DNA from: the human T2T-CHM13v2.0 reference genome, Homo sapiens
Reading direction: 5' to 3' (one strand)
NCBI RefSeq assembly: GCF_009914755.1
Contig: NC_060930.1
DNA length: 64,000 bases
Within the stretch, counting starts at the first letter, position 1, and every line of letters begins with the position of its first letter. Shown here piece by piece: positions 1 to 13,866 of the stretch. A program made the translations under genes and the position numbers. The notes under the pieces were generated by a model that saw only the letters and a list, made by a program, of their open reading frames with translations, was not told the DNA's origin and did not search any database.

Positions 1-2099
1 GCCCTGGACTCCTTGGGACACACACTGGCTCGCCGATGCCCCCAACACAGGTATGCTTTCCAGAGGTCTGAGGAGGGTGACTTCTTTTTCTACCCCATCT
101 GCTTCCAGAGTGATTTGCAACGCCAGGCCCAGGAAGAAACGGAATATGGGAATGTAAGCACAGACTGCACAAGGGCCTCATCAATAAAAGACAGCTTGGA
201 ATTTGCTGTTGTCAGGGTTTATTCATGAATTTGGGGAGCAGGGCACTGCTGGTTGCACAGATTCTTAAGAATTCAGACACAGGAGCTCCTTACAGGGTTA
301 ACTTCCTTCCATGATTGCTCCAGTGGTCCTCAAACTGCTCCAGGGACCAGCAGCATCAGCACCACCTGGGGACTAGTTAGAAAAGGCAAGTTCTTGGGCC
401 CCATCCCAGGCCCACTGAATGAAGACTCCTGCAGGTAAGCACAGCAGTGTGGTTCGGCAAACCTGCCCTGCGACTCTGAGAACTACTGGCCAACACTGCC
501 CTGCCATTTTGAAGACAATGAATGAGCTTCACTGTCTTGGGCTGGGGTTCAAACAACTCCCAAGAGCAGGGAGAAGCAAAAACGCTGTGGGAACCATGCA
601 AAAGACTACTGGCTGCTGCTGCTCTGCTCTGCAAATGCAGGGTCGTACAGCTAGGTGATGAGTTCAGTGAGCTTTTGGAGGCAAGCCTGGAAAACGAACA
701 TTCACATATGTATGCTGTTTCTAGGAAAAAATGTATTTTTGATAATAAAAACCTTTCACCACACAACCTATTTCTAACTTCAGGAATACAGGTTTTGCCT
801 TAAAACGTGAGTGACAGCTTCATAAATCACAGTGGGTGCACATTCTGTTTTTCCAGCTTGGTTTATACACTCTGGGAGAGGAGGTGCTCTCAACACCTGT
901 AACCACTCATCTCCCAGTTGCATCATGCCTTTGGGAGCCTCAGTCGGGCACAATCTTGGCAGGAGAGGAACACATCCCGACCCCAGGTTGCTGCCGGGGA
1001 GGAGGGCACCAGCTGCTGTCTTGATGGCAGGGAGTCATCTGAAATGCTTTCATGTCTCCCCCAAGACTTCCCATTGATGAGTTTACTTGAGGTTAAAGGA
1101 TGCAAATGAGTATATTATGCTTCTATGAGATGGCCAGGAGGCAGAAGAAATTTTAATAAAGCATTTAGGGGACTGGAGGAAATTGCCAATACTGTTGTGA
1201 GTTCAGCCACCTGAGCAATGACCAGACCTGGCCTTGGGCAGCCATGACCCCATTAAGGTGCTAGCTAATAAGACATTCAGTGATCAGCCCTATCCATTAA
1301 CAGTGCCACAGTGGAAAATGAACACAGTGGAGGGAGACTGAGTGACTCACACGCCTGGTAGGGAGAGGAAGCCTGGTTAGAAGTATTGCTGGCTCCACAG
1401 TTCCCAGCCTCTGGGCTTCCCTCTGGGGAGGGGGTGCAGGAAACCCAGAGCAAGGCAGCCACCTGCTACCTTAAACCCTCCTCAACTAGGCACAAGAATA
1501 GACAGCATATCTGAAGCAACAAGTAAACCAACTGGATTCCCAGGCCCAGCAAGTTTACCATGATAAGGGTTACTCATGCCTGGGGATCCGCCTGCAACAC
1601 CGCCCTTGCCATCCTGGAGGCACCGCCGTTTAGCAGGGTAGGGTAGCGCTGGGGGAACCCATGGCACCGACACCCTTGTTTGACTTCTGCTTCTGGTACT
1701 GACAAAAATGTGTCGGGAAAAGAAAATATGTTCAGACACAGTATAATCTCCTAAAGAATTTCAGAAGTATGAGGAAGCTTTGAGGTCACCTGGCTCTTGA
1801 AATTTGTTCACATTGCTCTAGATAAGATATGGCAACTGGTCATGTCACTGACCAGTTGGGTAAGCAATGTTTAAAGCAATTTATAATTTTTCAGATTAAA
1901 GAAATATATAACAGGAGTAATGTTCTAAAAAGTACAAAACCAGAACTGAATGTAACGGGTTTTGTCTCTGACGTTACCCTGGTCACCTCCCTCCCCATCA
2001 AATCAATCACCAATTCCAGCAGGTTCTGCCTTTCACATATATCCTGAACATCCCATCCGTGCTCCATTGCCCCCACAGACACCCCGATTTATAGGGATG

Positions 2100-2620
2100 G
2101 GGCAGGCGCTCACTCATGTGATTCCAGTCTCCTTCTGGTGTGGGCTTCCTATAGTGTGGGCTGGGAGGCCAAAAATCATACTTCCAGATTCTGGTATACC
2201 TATGGTTTCAAATGTGATTTTGGTCCTGCCAATCAGGTGCACACCCCAAAATAACTTTCTGTGTGCAACCTTGTTCGAATTTCCGGCTGACCTGAGTTAG
2301 GAAGAGAGTTCAGAGGGGAGGAAGGGAGGCATCCATTTTGCTGGTCAGCTCTGGCAAGGGTTGGGTGGTCTGGGAGCCAACAGTTCTGGAGGTGGCTAAG
2401 GAGGTGTGATCTTGGAACCAGTGGTTGGGACAGTGACCTTCTAATTCTTCAGCCTCCTAATGGAGGCACAGTTCCCTGGACAGGCTAGCTCTGCCAGGAA
2501 TCCTTCCAGAGGCCCGTTTACAGTTGCTCTAGCAACTCAGTAAGCACTATTCCCTGTATTCAGTCCCTATCTCCTGAAATACCAGAGTGGCTTCTGTCAT
2601 TTGCAAATTGAACCTTGTTC
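2100..2620 (+). mobile_element. Ancient ERVL-type LTR remnant (LTR16/LTR33-like)
   Basis: 3' end 'ttccctgtattcagtccctatctcctgaaataccagagtggcttctgtc...gaacc' resembles ERVL LTR termini. Family and boundaries uncertain. Confidence 0.35.
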
Positions 2621-3279
2621 TCTGGTCAAATTTCCTTGGGATGGAATTTGCAGGGGGTAAGCAGACAAGATAAGGCCAAGTCACCATCCATCCTCCCTCT
2701 CCTGAACTAATACAAGAGTCTCTCTGCATTAACTCTAACCTCCCTCAAATCCATTCCCTACAGAACAATGAAAAGCATCCTTTAATTAAGCTTGTTAACA
2801 CCTCATCAGCAGGTTTAACAAGATCATAAAAGCACTAAAGTCACAGCCTCATTTCATAATCTTAGGCTTGCTTGCTTTGTCATTTTTCCAAGACCAGGGA
2901 CATTCATGATGATGCCATGTGACGCTTCTGAGCCATGACTAAGTGGTGAGACAAACGACTCCAGAGTGTGTCTACATTTCACACACGTTAGTTGCTATGT
3001 GTTCTAGCAAAATGAGAAAAAAAAAAAAAAACCAAAAACTGTGGAGTCAGAGAACCTATATAGTTTAAGGATAAGCTAAAGAAAATACCATTAATATTAT
3101 TTTGAAAGGAATAATTCAATTGCTTGACTTGCCAGAGTGGAGAAACATTCATCAAGGAGACTCAGAAAATTTCTAAAGAAGATGGAAAATAAATGGGAGA
3201 TAAAGAAAACAACCTTATTTTCCACAGTAATGAATTCTATGATAAAATGTAAAATAAGAACATAAAAAAATTGGAAGCA

Positions 3280-4460
3280 AATAGATTGCTTCTTTAATTT
3301 TGAAGTGAAGATAAAATCTCCAAAGAGAAAAACTAAGGGGGAAAAACTACCTAAGGAAACAACTGGTAGATTTTGTAACAGTCTAACGATTACTACTTTA
3401 CTATTAATTACTATTTTAAAAATCTACACATCAAAAATACAATAAGCAAAATTATAAAGACCTAAATTTGTAATATATATCCACTTACATATCAATATAC
3501 ACCAATACTGCAACCAGAAATTGAGTTAAGCGCCCACATGATTAACCAAATATGAAACACAAATAGTTAAACACTTGGGAAATGTTTGATTTCACTAATG
3601 AAGACGGCCAGGTGCAGTGGCCCACGCATATAATCCCAGCACTTTTGGAGGCCAAGGTGGGAGGGTCACTTGAGGTCAGGAGTTCTAGACCAGCCCGGCC
3701 AATATGGTGAAATCCTGTACTAAAAATACAAAAATTAGCTGGGTGTGGTGGTGCATGCCTGTAATCCCAGCTACTCAGGAGCCTACGGCATGAGAATTGC
3801 TTGAACCTGGAAGACAGAAGCTGCAGTGAGCAAGACTGCGCCACTGCACTCCAGCCTGGGTGACAGAATGAGACATTGTTTCAAAAAAAAAGAAAAAAGA
3901 AAAGGAAAAAAAAAGACAATATTTTGTTTTTCAAAAAGAAAATTTTAAAAAAATTTCTAAAGATGAAGGAGAAACAAAGAGGTACAAATCTGTACAAGGA
4001 GCATAAACTAGGCACTGTTTTTCTGGAAGACAATTTGGCAATATGCAGCACATTACTTTAAATGGGGTCTACTCTTTATCCCAGCAATTCCCTTTCTTGG
4101 AACTTTATCTCAAGTAAATTATCAGAGACACCCACAGAGGTCCCTATGCAATGATTTTCACTGTTTGTAACTAATCAGAGCAAAAGTTGAGAACCTGACT
4201 CAATGTCAATGATACCATAGTGCCATTAAAAATTTCGCTTTTGAAAATGAATGATCGAGGAAAATGCTCATGATATAATTGTATGAAAGCTTCAGAATGG
4301 AAAAACGGTGACTAGAAGAGATGTTTGTATATGCAGGAAAAGTTAAAAGAAAATATTCCAAAATATTTTAAAGTGACTATCTCTAAAGAGTAGAAATAAG
4401 ACTGAGTTTTATTTTCAACTTTATACTTTTCTTGACTTTTCCAAACTTTCTACGATGAAT
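3280..4460 (+). mobile_element. Degraded L1ME-type 3' fragment interrupted by an Alu
   Basis: A-rich; 'tttctggaagacaatttggcaatatgc', 'cccagcaattccctttcttggaact' and an L1ME-like 3' end. Confidence 0.55.
3606..3914 (+). mobile_element. Alu (old AluJ/S)
   Basis: Full dimer with A-rich tail. Confidence 0.95.
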
Positions 4461-7441
4461 CTATAAGCCCTCAAATGACAGAAAAAAAATGTAGGGAAAA
4501 ATAATGTAAACTCCCACAGTGGTAGCGATGGTGGGGAGGCAAAGACAAAATCATTAAAAAACAAACCAACAAAGGAAAAACCTTTTCGCCTTCTCGGAAA
4601 CACGTATTTTAAGACAATCCTATAAATCAGGCCTACAGGAAGCTTATTCTGAAAGTGACTGGGAACAAACCACGTCTTCACAGCCTGAAGGTTAAGCACG
4701 TTAATGCTCACTGACTAAAGCAAAAAGTGTTTTTTAGGGAAGTGAATGAAAATTTTCCCCCAAGTTTCATCTTTTGTAGTGGAGATCCCCATTTGAAATT
4801 GTTCTATCAGCAAACCACGAGGGTTTTACCAATCGCTGTGCACACTGTCTGTTTTAAAGCTGAGCACTGTCAGTTGAGATAAAAGAAAATATTTCTGTTC
4901 AGCCCTACAAAGAGGATAGTACTGCTTAAAACTTCAAAAGCTTAAGTAAAACAAAGTTCCTGACTGGGTCGCAGGAATTTAGAGAAATGTAGGGTCAGCA
5001 TTTTTCCCCCCTAAAACAGAGCTTCAGCAGCCTCTCATGAACCAGTGTTTTATATACCATGGACGTGCGGTGCTCTGCACTTCTTAACTGCAGACAATAG
5101 AAATGGCAAGAACACACACACAGAGTCCACCCTGGAAGATGAGTCACAGACGGACAAAAGAAACACCCTCCACAAGCCAGGCTGATGAAGCACATTAGCT
5201 ACGATTAGTTTCTCAACATTTAGGGAGGCTATGCTACCTAAATGTGTTTTTCAGTATTTTAAATCTAACAGTTGACAGATTTTTTTTCCCCTAAAAGATT
5301 CCATCAAAACTCAAGATATACTGCATGACTTGAAAACCTCAAATTACTCTCTACTTTTTGCCTCTAAGCTCATCCTCCAATTTTAGGAGGTTTGCTGTCA
5401 ACAGTAGCCAACACAACTGCCAATTAGAGTTGGCATTGGTGCAAGCTTCCTTGAATGACATAATGAACATCCTTGGGTACTCCGGGGAAATTTTTTCTCT
5501 TTTCAATTTTGTTTCTCTGTTCTTTAATGAATATTAATTGCTGCTCAAATTGCTCCTCATCTTTCCTTTTTTCTACCTTAGTGCTAAAATAATAACCATG
5601 GTACATTGAGGGGAATAGCCGGGGCAAAAATAGATTGCAAACCCTTCCTGCTGGATGGAAGATACACCCCAACTCTAGCAGACCTGCATTCTGAGCCTCT
5701 CTAAGGAAACCCACCCCAGAGCCACACCGTTAAAGCTGCTCATATTTCTTAAACTTCACGTAGTCCCATTTTAATGAGTAATGTAATTTCCGATTCATTC
5801 GAACCCTTAAGCAACAATTTTTTTTTTTGTCTTTTTTTCTTCAAATGACAACTCTACTGTCCGCTCCTCTTCTGCGCAGTGCAGCCTTCCCGGTGGGAGA
5901 GAAATAGAAACTGCTTCATTTACTGACACTGGGGCTTTCCTGGTTCTCACTGAATTTGATCATTTTTAAAGGGCTAGAGATGTAGAACTTGAAAAACAGA
6001 AAAAATTACCACCTGAACACATCCTCAGTGATGTGTAGGATTATCTCTGAGGGAAAAATACAATGAGTCACTTTTGTTTCTTTTACTTTTTCTTGAAGGA
6101 AATAGGGAGGTACATCTTTCTCAGCAGAGGTTTGCATTATTGAACGTTCTTATTCGTTTTGTACAGGGCCCCGATGGCATTTGGGGAAGCTGAATAGATA
6201 CCCACAAAGCAGCAGAGATAATTAATAAGCAATGCCCTTTTAGCTACCAAAACCTTGAAGAGTCTTTCCAAATTCTGCACTGTGTATTTTATTAACGGCC
6301 CTCATCAACTACCTCTAAGAAAGGAAATTAAGAGTAAGCCCTGTAAGTTAAAAAGGAAGGAGGGAGTGGGGAGGAATGCAGGGAGGGAGGGAGGAAGGAA
6401 GGAACCCCACAGATCCCTTAGCATCAAAAGGGAGCAGCTATTAATGCCCTGCAAGAAGTCAGCACACAGGCTTCCAGCAACTCATTTATATGAAATAACT
6501 TGAAGACTGTTAACTTGAGAAATTCAAAAGTTGTTTCAAGTGTTACTGGAGGGTATTTTCTAGTATAACACAGTGTGTCAACAGAGCCGGACTGTAGCAT
6601 TAACATTTAAGATGTCCCCATCAATTCCGGAAGAGAGCCAGTGGTGGGGAACTTCTGCTGGGAGCCTCAGGGGATCTCTGAAATGAGAAGACTGTAACGA
6701 CCCAGGTGATCCATCCTGGAGAGAACTTGGAGGGTGAAGGAAAGTCATCTTCCACTTGCTGAAAACAAATGCCTCAGTGGCTTCCCACAGCCGCAGGCTA
6801 TGGCCTTGTTGTAACAGGACCCTGTTACATTCCCTTTATGGCTGGAGTCACCTGTCACCTTCTATTCTTCCCATGTACAAACTGGCTGCCATCAATTCCG
6901 GAAGAGAGCCAGGGGTGGCTGCCCCCACCTACCTCTCTCATCACTACCTCCTGCCCCAACCCCTGCCATGACCCAGCCTTGCCAAAGTGCTCACAGCTCC
7001 CCAGAGCCTCCATGCCCTTGGTCCATGTTGCTCTTCTGTGCCCCACTCCCACAACACCCTCATTCTCCCACTCCAACTTTTCTGGCTTGATGCCTGCTTT
7101 AAAGGACAAACCTCACCACAACCAAAATGATTTGACATTGTATGTCACCTGTCAGTCAAAGTATGGCCGATTTTCTGTACTGCACGCATTTTTTCTTTCA
7201 AGCAACACATATTACTTTCGCAAGCACACAACCAAGTGAAAAGGGAAAGGGGTACAAAATTACAAATGAAAATGCTTCTCTATTTCTATAAAGTTTAATA
7301 AACTCCATTGAGGGGTATCCTCTCCCAAGACCGGATCAGGAGATCTGTGCCTCTGAAGCATCCTGTACTCATGATAAAACACGTAGACTGTTCTTACAAT
7401 ATATCATAATTGCCTGTTTACAAGTCTTTCTTCCACTAGCT

Positions 7442-7667
7442 CAGGGGGTGGCAATCTGTAGCCCACAGGCCAAACACAGCCCTGCTGTCTGTGTTTGTAA
7501 ATAAAGTTTTATTGGCACACAGCCGTGCTCCTTCATTCATATATTCATTTGCAGCGGATTCTGCACTACAGCGGCAGAGTCGAACAACTGAAACAGAGCC
7601 TACATGGCCTGCAAAGCCAAAAATATTTACTATGTGGCCCTTTTTAGAAAAATTTTGCTGACTCCTG
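7442..7667 (+). mobile_element. MER58A hAT-Charlie DNA transposon, inserted in an L2 remnant
   Basis: cagggg...actcctg termini, diagnostic 'gtaaataaagttttattgg..cacagcc' and 'aaatatttactat.tggccctt'; 8-bp TSD cactagct/cactaggc. Confidence 0.88.
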
Positions 7668-8060
7668 CACTAGGCTGCAAGTTCCTTGAAGAAAGGGACC
7701 ATGTCTTATTCCTTCATGCCTAAGCTAATGCTCAGAATGAGGGAGGGGCAGAGTGTTAACGTCAGGTAGGAATGACCCTCCCAGAAGTCAGAATGCTCCC
7801 GTGTCCACCCGTGTTCACTGTGCTCTGCTATTTATCTTCTTAAGCCTCTTTCTGTGATTATTTTTCAAGTATAATTTAATTTAAATAATTAATACATAAT
7901 TATTATACCAAATTTATATAGGCAATATAGTTTTTAAATGTTTCCACCAAACTTTTCTCTATTGGTAATTTTCCTCCAGGGAAAGATATTTCTAGTTTTA
8001 TTATAAAAGCCAGTAGAAAATTGGGTATATGAAAAATTTATTTAAAACAATGAATAATTC

Positions 8061-8358
<298 letters not shown>

Positions 8359-8434
8359 GAATAATTATCTCTTAATAGAACAAATCTATGACATTAAATT
8401 AAGCATTGTTCTAGGTGAAGAAAGGAAACTAAGA

Positions 8435-8650
8435 TTCATTAAGTATCTACCCTGTGCTAGGGACTCTGCCAGCTGCTTTGACTAAGCACCCTGACAGCAC
8501 AACAGGCCCATTGCATGGACATTATTACCAGTATGTCCATTTCACAGATGAAGAAACTGAGGCTGAGAAGTGATGCTAGTCCAAGATCAAGTGTCTCTTA
8601 CATAAATTATAAATCTGTATCTGATTGAAACTCAGGTTCTTTCCCCCAGT
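8435..8650 (-). mobile_element. MIR
   Basis: Core 'ccatttcacagatgaagaaactgaggct'. Confidence 0.7.
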
Positions 8651-9834
8651 AAACTCAAAGAAACAGCCCTAGTTCATACAAATAAATACAATTCTCTGGT
8701 TTATATTAATTTGTTACAGGTTATAGCATTTGTCTGGACAAATATTCAATACACTTTATGTGCATATAGAAGCAAAGTAGCATACTGAAAACAGGACAGG
8801 CTTCGGTGTTATTTCATTGTTACAGTGACTAAACAAATAATAATTTGTCAGGGGTCTGTGAATAGCAGATATTTGATACATGATGGCTGTTTAAGATACT
8901 AATATCACAGTATCTTTTTTAAATAGAATTTTTAGTACTGAAATGTTGAAAAAAGTTATGATCAACTCCCTATTTTAAAAACAAAGAAACTGAATAAGAG
9001 GTGAAGTGACTCATTCAGAATTAAAAAAGCTTATAGCCAAGTCAGACTTGAGCAGAGCCCAGGTTTCCTTGGGCTCAGCTGCTCCATACCAGACTGCCGT
9101 GGAAAATGTCATTTTCAGACAGGGTGACCTGATGCACAGGGACGCATGACTCTCCCAACAAATTTCACAAGTCAATTACTGCCAAGCCAGGACAACTGCT
9201 AATCTAATGGTCAGTGTGGTGGTACTACCTTCATTCTAGTCCCAAACTCTTACAACAGGAAGGATTAGGAAAAAAAAAAATTAACATTTTAATTGAGACC
9301 TACTCTTAGGCTTCCTGCCAAATACTCATCTTTTTCTGTAACATATGAATCAGAGTACCTGAGATGGTAAACCAGTTTTTCTCCTGTTTCAACACTGGTG
9401 TAACCATCTTGAAGATGACATGATGCCTTTTTCTTTCTTTCTCTTTTTTTTTCTTGCTTTATTTAGCTCAAACTAGAAGCCAGTACAACCGTGGATCTAA
9501 ATGATGACCTTTTCCATGAAAACAGCTAACACCAACCAGCTACAAACAAGGTACACAAAGCTGGAGGCTGCCCTGGGCCTACTCCACATCCCAAAGTTAC
9601 TCAACTATAGTAGTTCTCAGCTGTAGTAGGTGTGACTGCTGCTACAGGACAGCATAATCCTTCAGGTTTTTACCCATTTGGACTTTGTCTTCATTGGGTT
9701 GGACTCTGGCTTACCACTGTCTCTGAGGAAGGGCATCGCATGGTAAGCGAGAGCCTGGTAGCATGGAATTCAGAGCCTAAAGTGGGGTCTGAGCCAGCTT
9801 GCGAATGTGCTGTCAAGCACAGCTGGGATGCAGG

Positions 9835-10050
9835 CTAAGAGCTCGGAGTTTGAGCCTGATAAGCCCCAGTTTTATTTCTAGTTTCGCCCCGCGGTCATCA
9901 GGGCAAGCTTTTTCACCGTGTGGGGGCTCAGTTTTAACATCTATGACGTAGGAGTCGCAAAACCTTCACCAGAGGGTTGTTACAAGAGTCAAAAATAACA
10001 TCGGGAATGCGCCTGGTGCGGTGACCGGCACAAAGTGATTATTACTCATT
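9835..10050 (+). mobile_element. MIR (CpG-rich copy)
   Basis: 'gggcaagc..ctcagtttt.acatctat' core and 'agggttgtt..aagagtcaaa' tail. Confidence 0.65.
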
Positions 10051-12329
10051 AATTTTGTCTGTCAGTTAAGCAGGTCCTCGGGGGCTTATGTCTGTTGGTA
10101 AGTAACATTTTGGATCTGAGAGTAATAAAACTACTTCAAAAAGGGTTTTGATTACTTAGAGTCTGAGCTATTCATTTTAGCCTCACCCCTAACTGACCCA
10201 AATTAAGGGGTATTTTACTAGTTTTACATCCTGTCTGCATAGTCAGCACCAGATTAGAAAGTGGGCCAGACGAGGATGGAAGACGCCCTCCAGGGAGCAG
10301 CTGTGTTCATAGCTGGGAGATGCTGAAGGAGGAGCAGGTCCAGGTCTACCCGGGGCTCTACCGTGCTTTCAGGTCCTCCCACCACCTCTCAGGATGCCGT
10401 GCCCTTCACTTTGACCTCCTCAGCAGCATCCTGGGAACAGCAACAGCTTCGTTTCCAACACTTCCTGCAATCATTCCTTAAATATACTATTTTTCTGACC
10501 AAAAGAAAAAAAAAAGTAGGATGGTTCTCAAAAGCTGACAACACGATTACACCCAAGAGTGTGTTTTTATTTTCTTCCTTTGAACTAACTATTAATCTTC
10601 TAAAAACACCGTGCCAAACTGGCAGCATGACAGCAGAGTGTGACTGTGCAGGCTGGCTCCCGGCCCCCGCCCTCTGGTCGGGAGAGGAAGAAGGTCGGCT
10701 GCACCCGAGGTGGGGTGAGCCAGGAAGGCTCCCGACCTTCCACTTCAGTGCCTCCAGCATCCTGGGGACAAGCGGACTGAGAGGCAGCTCTCTAAGAGTT
10801 TCCTCAGATAGAACCTCAAAGCATCCTTAGGCCAAAGCCAGGATCACTACCCTGAGAACTCACCGGGGCCTGGCCAGATGCGTATGGGACAGCGAAAGGA
10901 GTAGAGAACACATGTCACAACTCAAGCCTCAGTAAGTGGACAGAGAAAGGGAGCAGAGACCCTCTCATGCCAAGGAGGCTGCAAAGCTGCCCAAGTCGCG
11001 GCCCTCACCAGAGTCTCTTATCAGAGACTTTCCTGCCCCTCCTCACCCTCCAGGCTGCTCAGAGTGGTACAGTGTTTTAATATTGGTGACAGGCCTCGGA
11101 TGGCCAGCTCCTGAGGGGACATCCTTCTGTTACTTGTGGAGTTGGAATTACAGGACTTGGAGGGTGTGAACTTTTGGGGGAACTCCAGGGATGAACATGA
11201 GAAGGCCCTTCTGCTGTAGTACTAACTGCAATCAGTGTCTCGGGCTTCATGGGCTTGGCTTTGCGTAACAAGCCAGGGCACCTGAACTCCATCCCAGCCC
11301 TGCCAAAATAATTCTCTCCATTCACTACTGATGCAGCAGAGCGGGCTTGACAAAGCTTGCCACAGGACAGTCAAGTTGATCCATTCAGCATTCCCCAATT
11401 CTTCCTTCTGTCTCACTCAAAGGCAAATAGACAGCAAAAGACAACGTAAAAATATATTAATAAAATTAACGATCCAATAAGGAAGCCCTTCACAACTGGA
11501 CTCTCCTCCCTGTCTAGCTGCATTTGAAAGACACACCCACTTCTAAGCCAGCAGTTGAAGCTTTTTTTGAAGGCGGCATGCCTAAAAGGGTAACAATAAG
11601 TGTTCATCTAAAAAAGGGAGTAACTGGCTAATTAGCGATAACATTCAGTGAAACAAAGTCAAGCTCGTGTCTCATTTTCAGGACTTCTCAGAGCCTTTAG
11701 CATGTTAATGTGCATCATGAGTCCTGAAGAGGGGGCTCTGTAGAATGCATTTTTCAAACGTATTTGGCTTCGGAAACCCTCTCCCTCCTACACACTTTCA
11801 AGGGCATGTCTGGGCTGCAGAATAGGAGAGATGTTGCCACGTATATTTTGTTTGCCCTGCATGACCTAATATGTGAACACAGTGCAAAATTATAACACGT
11901 GGAAATTCTGGGATTTTAAAGGCTGGGGTACAACAGTCCTGTCACCCCTGACAATCTACCTGAAGGAAGAGAGGGGGGATATGCGTGCACATCAAAGGAT
12001 GTTCACAAGAACCAGAGGAATGTTTTTCTGCCTTTAATCCAAGAAAATAAAAATAACTATTTTCCTGTCTTCTCAAGAGTTTATAACTGCTAATTGGTAA
12101 GATATGGACAAACATTGAAAACTCTAAGGAAATGATCTGCAAAAGGTCAACCACAACAAGAAGCAGTCAACTGTGTAAAATTCCACTTCCTTGAGAACAA
12201 ATCACTGCCCTGCATGTCCCCACCTCTCTGCGGAAGGACAGTTGCTCCATTAGCCCAAGTCCAGGGCCGATTAGGAAGTATGCAGGCGATGATTTACACT
12301 ATGTTATCCTTTAAAAAATAGTCTGTAGA

Positions 12330-12845
12330 CCCCCCAAAAGCAAAAGCAGGGACATACAAAGATATGTACACCCATGTTCATAGCAGCCCTATTCACAGTA
12401 GCCAAGGGCTGAGAGAAACTCAAGTGTTCACTGACGGATGAACAAAGAAACAAAACGTGGTGCATGCACATGATGGAGGATTATTTAGCCTGCAAAAGGG
12501 AGGAAATTCTGACACATGCTACACATGGATGAACCTTGAAGACATGCTAAGTGAAATAAGCCATCACTAAAAGACAAATATGGTATGATTCCACTGATAC
12601 GAGGTGCCTGGAGTAGTTAAATTCATAGACACAGAAAGTAGAATGGGGGTTACCAGGGGCTGAGGTGAGTGGGGATGAGTTATAGTTTCATGGGGATATA
12701 GCTTCAGCTTGGGAAGATGAAAAATTTCTGGAGATGGATGGTGGTGATGGTTGCACAACAATGTGAATGGCTTACACTGAACTATACACTTAAAATGGTT
12801 AATTTTATGTTATGTATATTTTCCCACACGCACACACAAAAAAAA
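12330..12845 (+). mobile_element. L1MB (L1MB3-like) 3' end
   Basis: 'catggatgaaccttgaagacat', 'ttctggagatggatggtggtgatggttgcacaacaatgtgaat', A tail. Confidence 0.88.
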
Positions 12846-13553
12846 GTTTAAAGAAAGTGTTATCTTCAGGAAATGGGCTAGCCAGTATCCCAATTAACTT
12901 AAACATGGATGGCAGAGCACTCTGAAGAGAATCCTGGATTAGGCAGCAGAAAGCACAGTTGTCTTACAGGTTATATTCGCGAGAAAATCTCCAAGGTGCA
13001 GGCCTCTCTATCTGACATCTCATCTCCGCTGGCAGTGAGACGTCCTTTCTCCCCAAGCTTGTCCATGGGTGAAAGGATCAAAGGACATTGCCCGCCAAAA
13101 GGAAGAGTGACCAGACTGTCCCCCTCCCTCAGTCACCAACCCCCTTGACTTCTCACATGTTCAAGGCAGGCCACCCCAAGCTCTTACGTCCTGGCCTTGT
13201 GTAAATACGTTTTCTTCCTTTGTGCCACCACCCAGTCCCCAGTATTGTGGGCCAGGCCCCAGGAGGGACTGCAGACCAGTGCCACAGTCTCAGTGTTCCA
13301 TGACTATTTATTGGTCACGTATTGAGTGCCACACCCCAAGGAAACAATAATGCAAAAAGTGCTGTCCTCACTCTTTAGAGTTTGGGGCAGGCTTAAGAAA
13401 GGACTATGCTGAGGGGTAAAGAGAAGCGGCAGCAGACACACAGAAGGTGCTATGAGTGTGCCCCGGCCAGCCTTATCCATGCCAGGAAGACCAGAAGGGA
13501 TGAGGCTGGAGGGGAGTGGAAAGGAGTTGTCTGTGTTAGAAAACACAGCATAT

Positions 13554-13866
13554 GGCCAGGCATAGTGGCTCACACCTATAATCCCAGCACTTTGGGAGAC
13601 TGAGGTGGGTGGATCACCTAAGGTGGGAAGTTTGAGACCAGCCTGACCAACATGGAGAAACCCCGTCTCTACTAAAAATACAAAATTAGCTGGGTGTGGT
13701 GGCACGCACCTGTAATCCCAGCTACTTGGGAGGCTGAGGCAGGAGAATCACTTCAACCTGGGAAGCGGAGGTTGTGGTGAGCCGAGATTGCATCATTGCA
13801 CTCCAGCCTGGGCAACAAGAGCAAAACTCCGTCTCAAAAAAAAAAAAAAAAAAGAAAGAAAGAAAA
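13554..13866 (+). mobile_element. AluSp-like
   Basis: 'ctgaccaacatggagaaacc', 'gcaacaagagc'; TSD agaaaacacagcat. Confidence 0.95.

Noticed and set aside
9467-9550. Possible 84-nt antisense exon (strong pyrimidine tract plus TAG, donor AAG|GTACAC)
   Set aside because: Weak donor; the T tract is explainable as a simple repeat; no partner exons identified.
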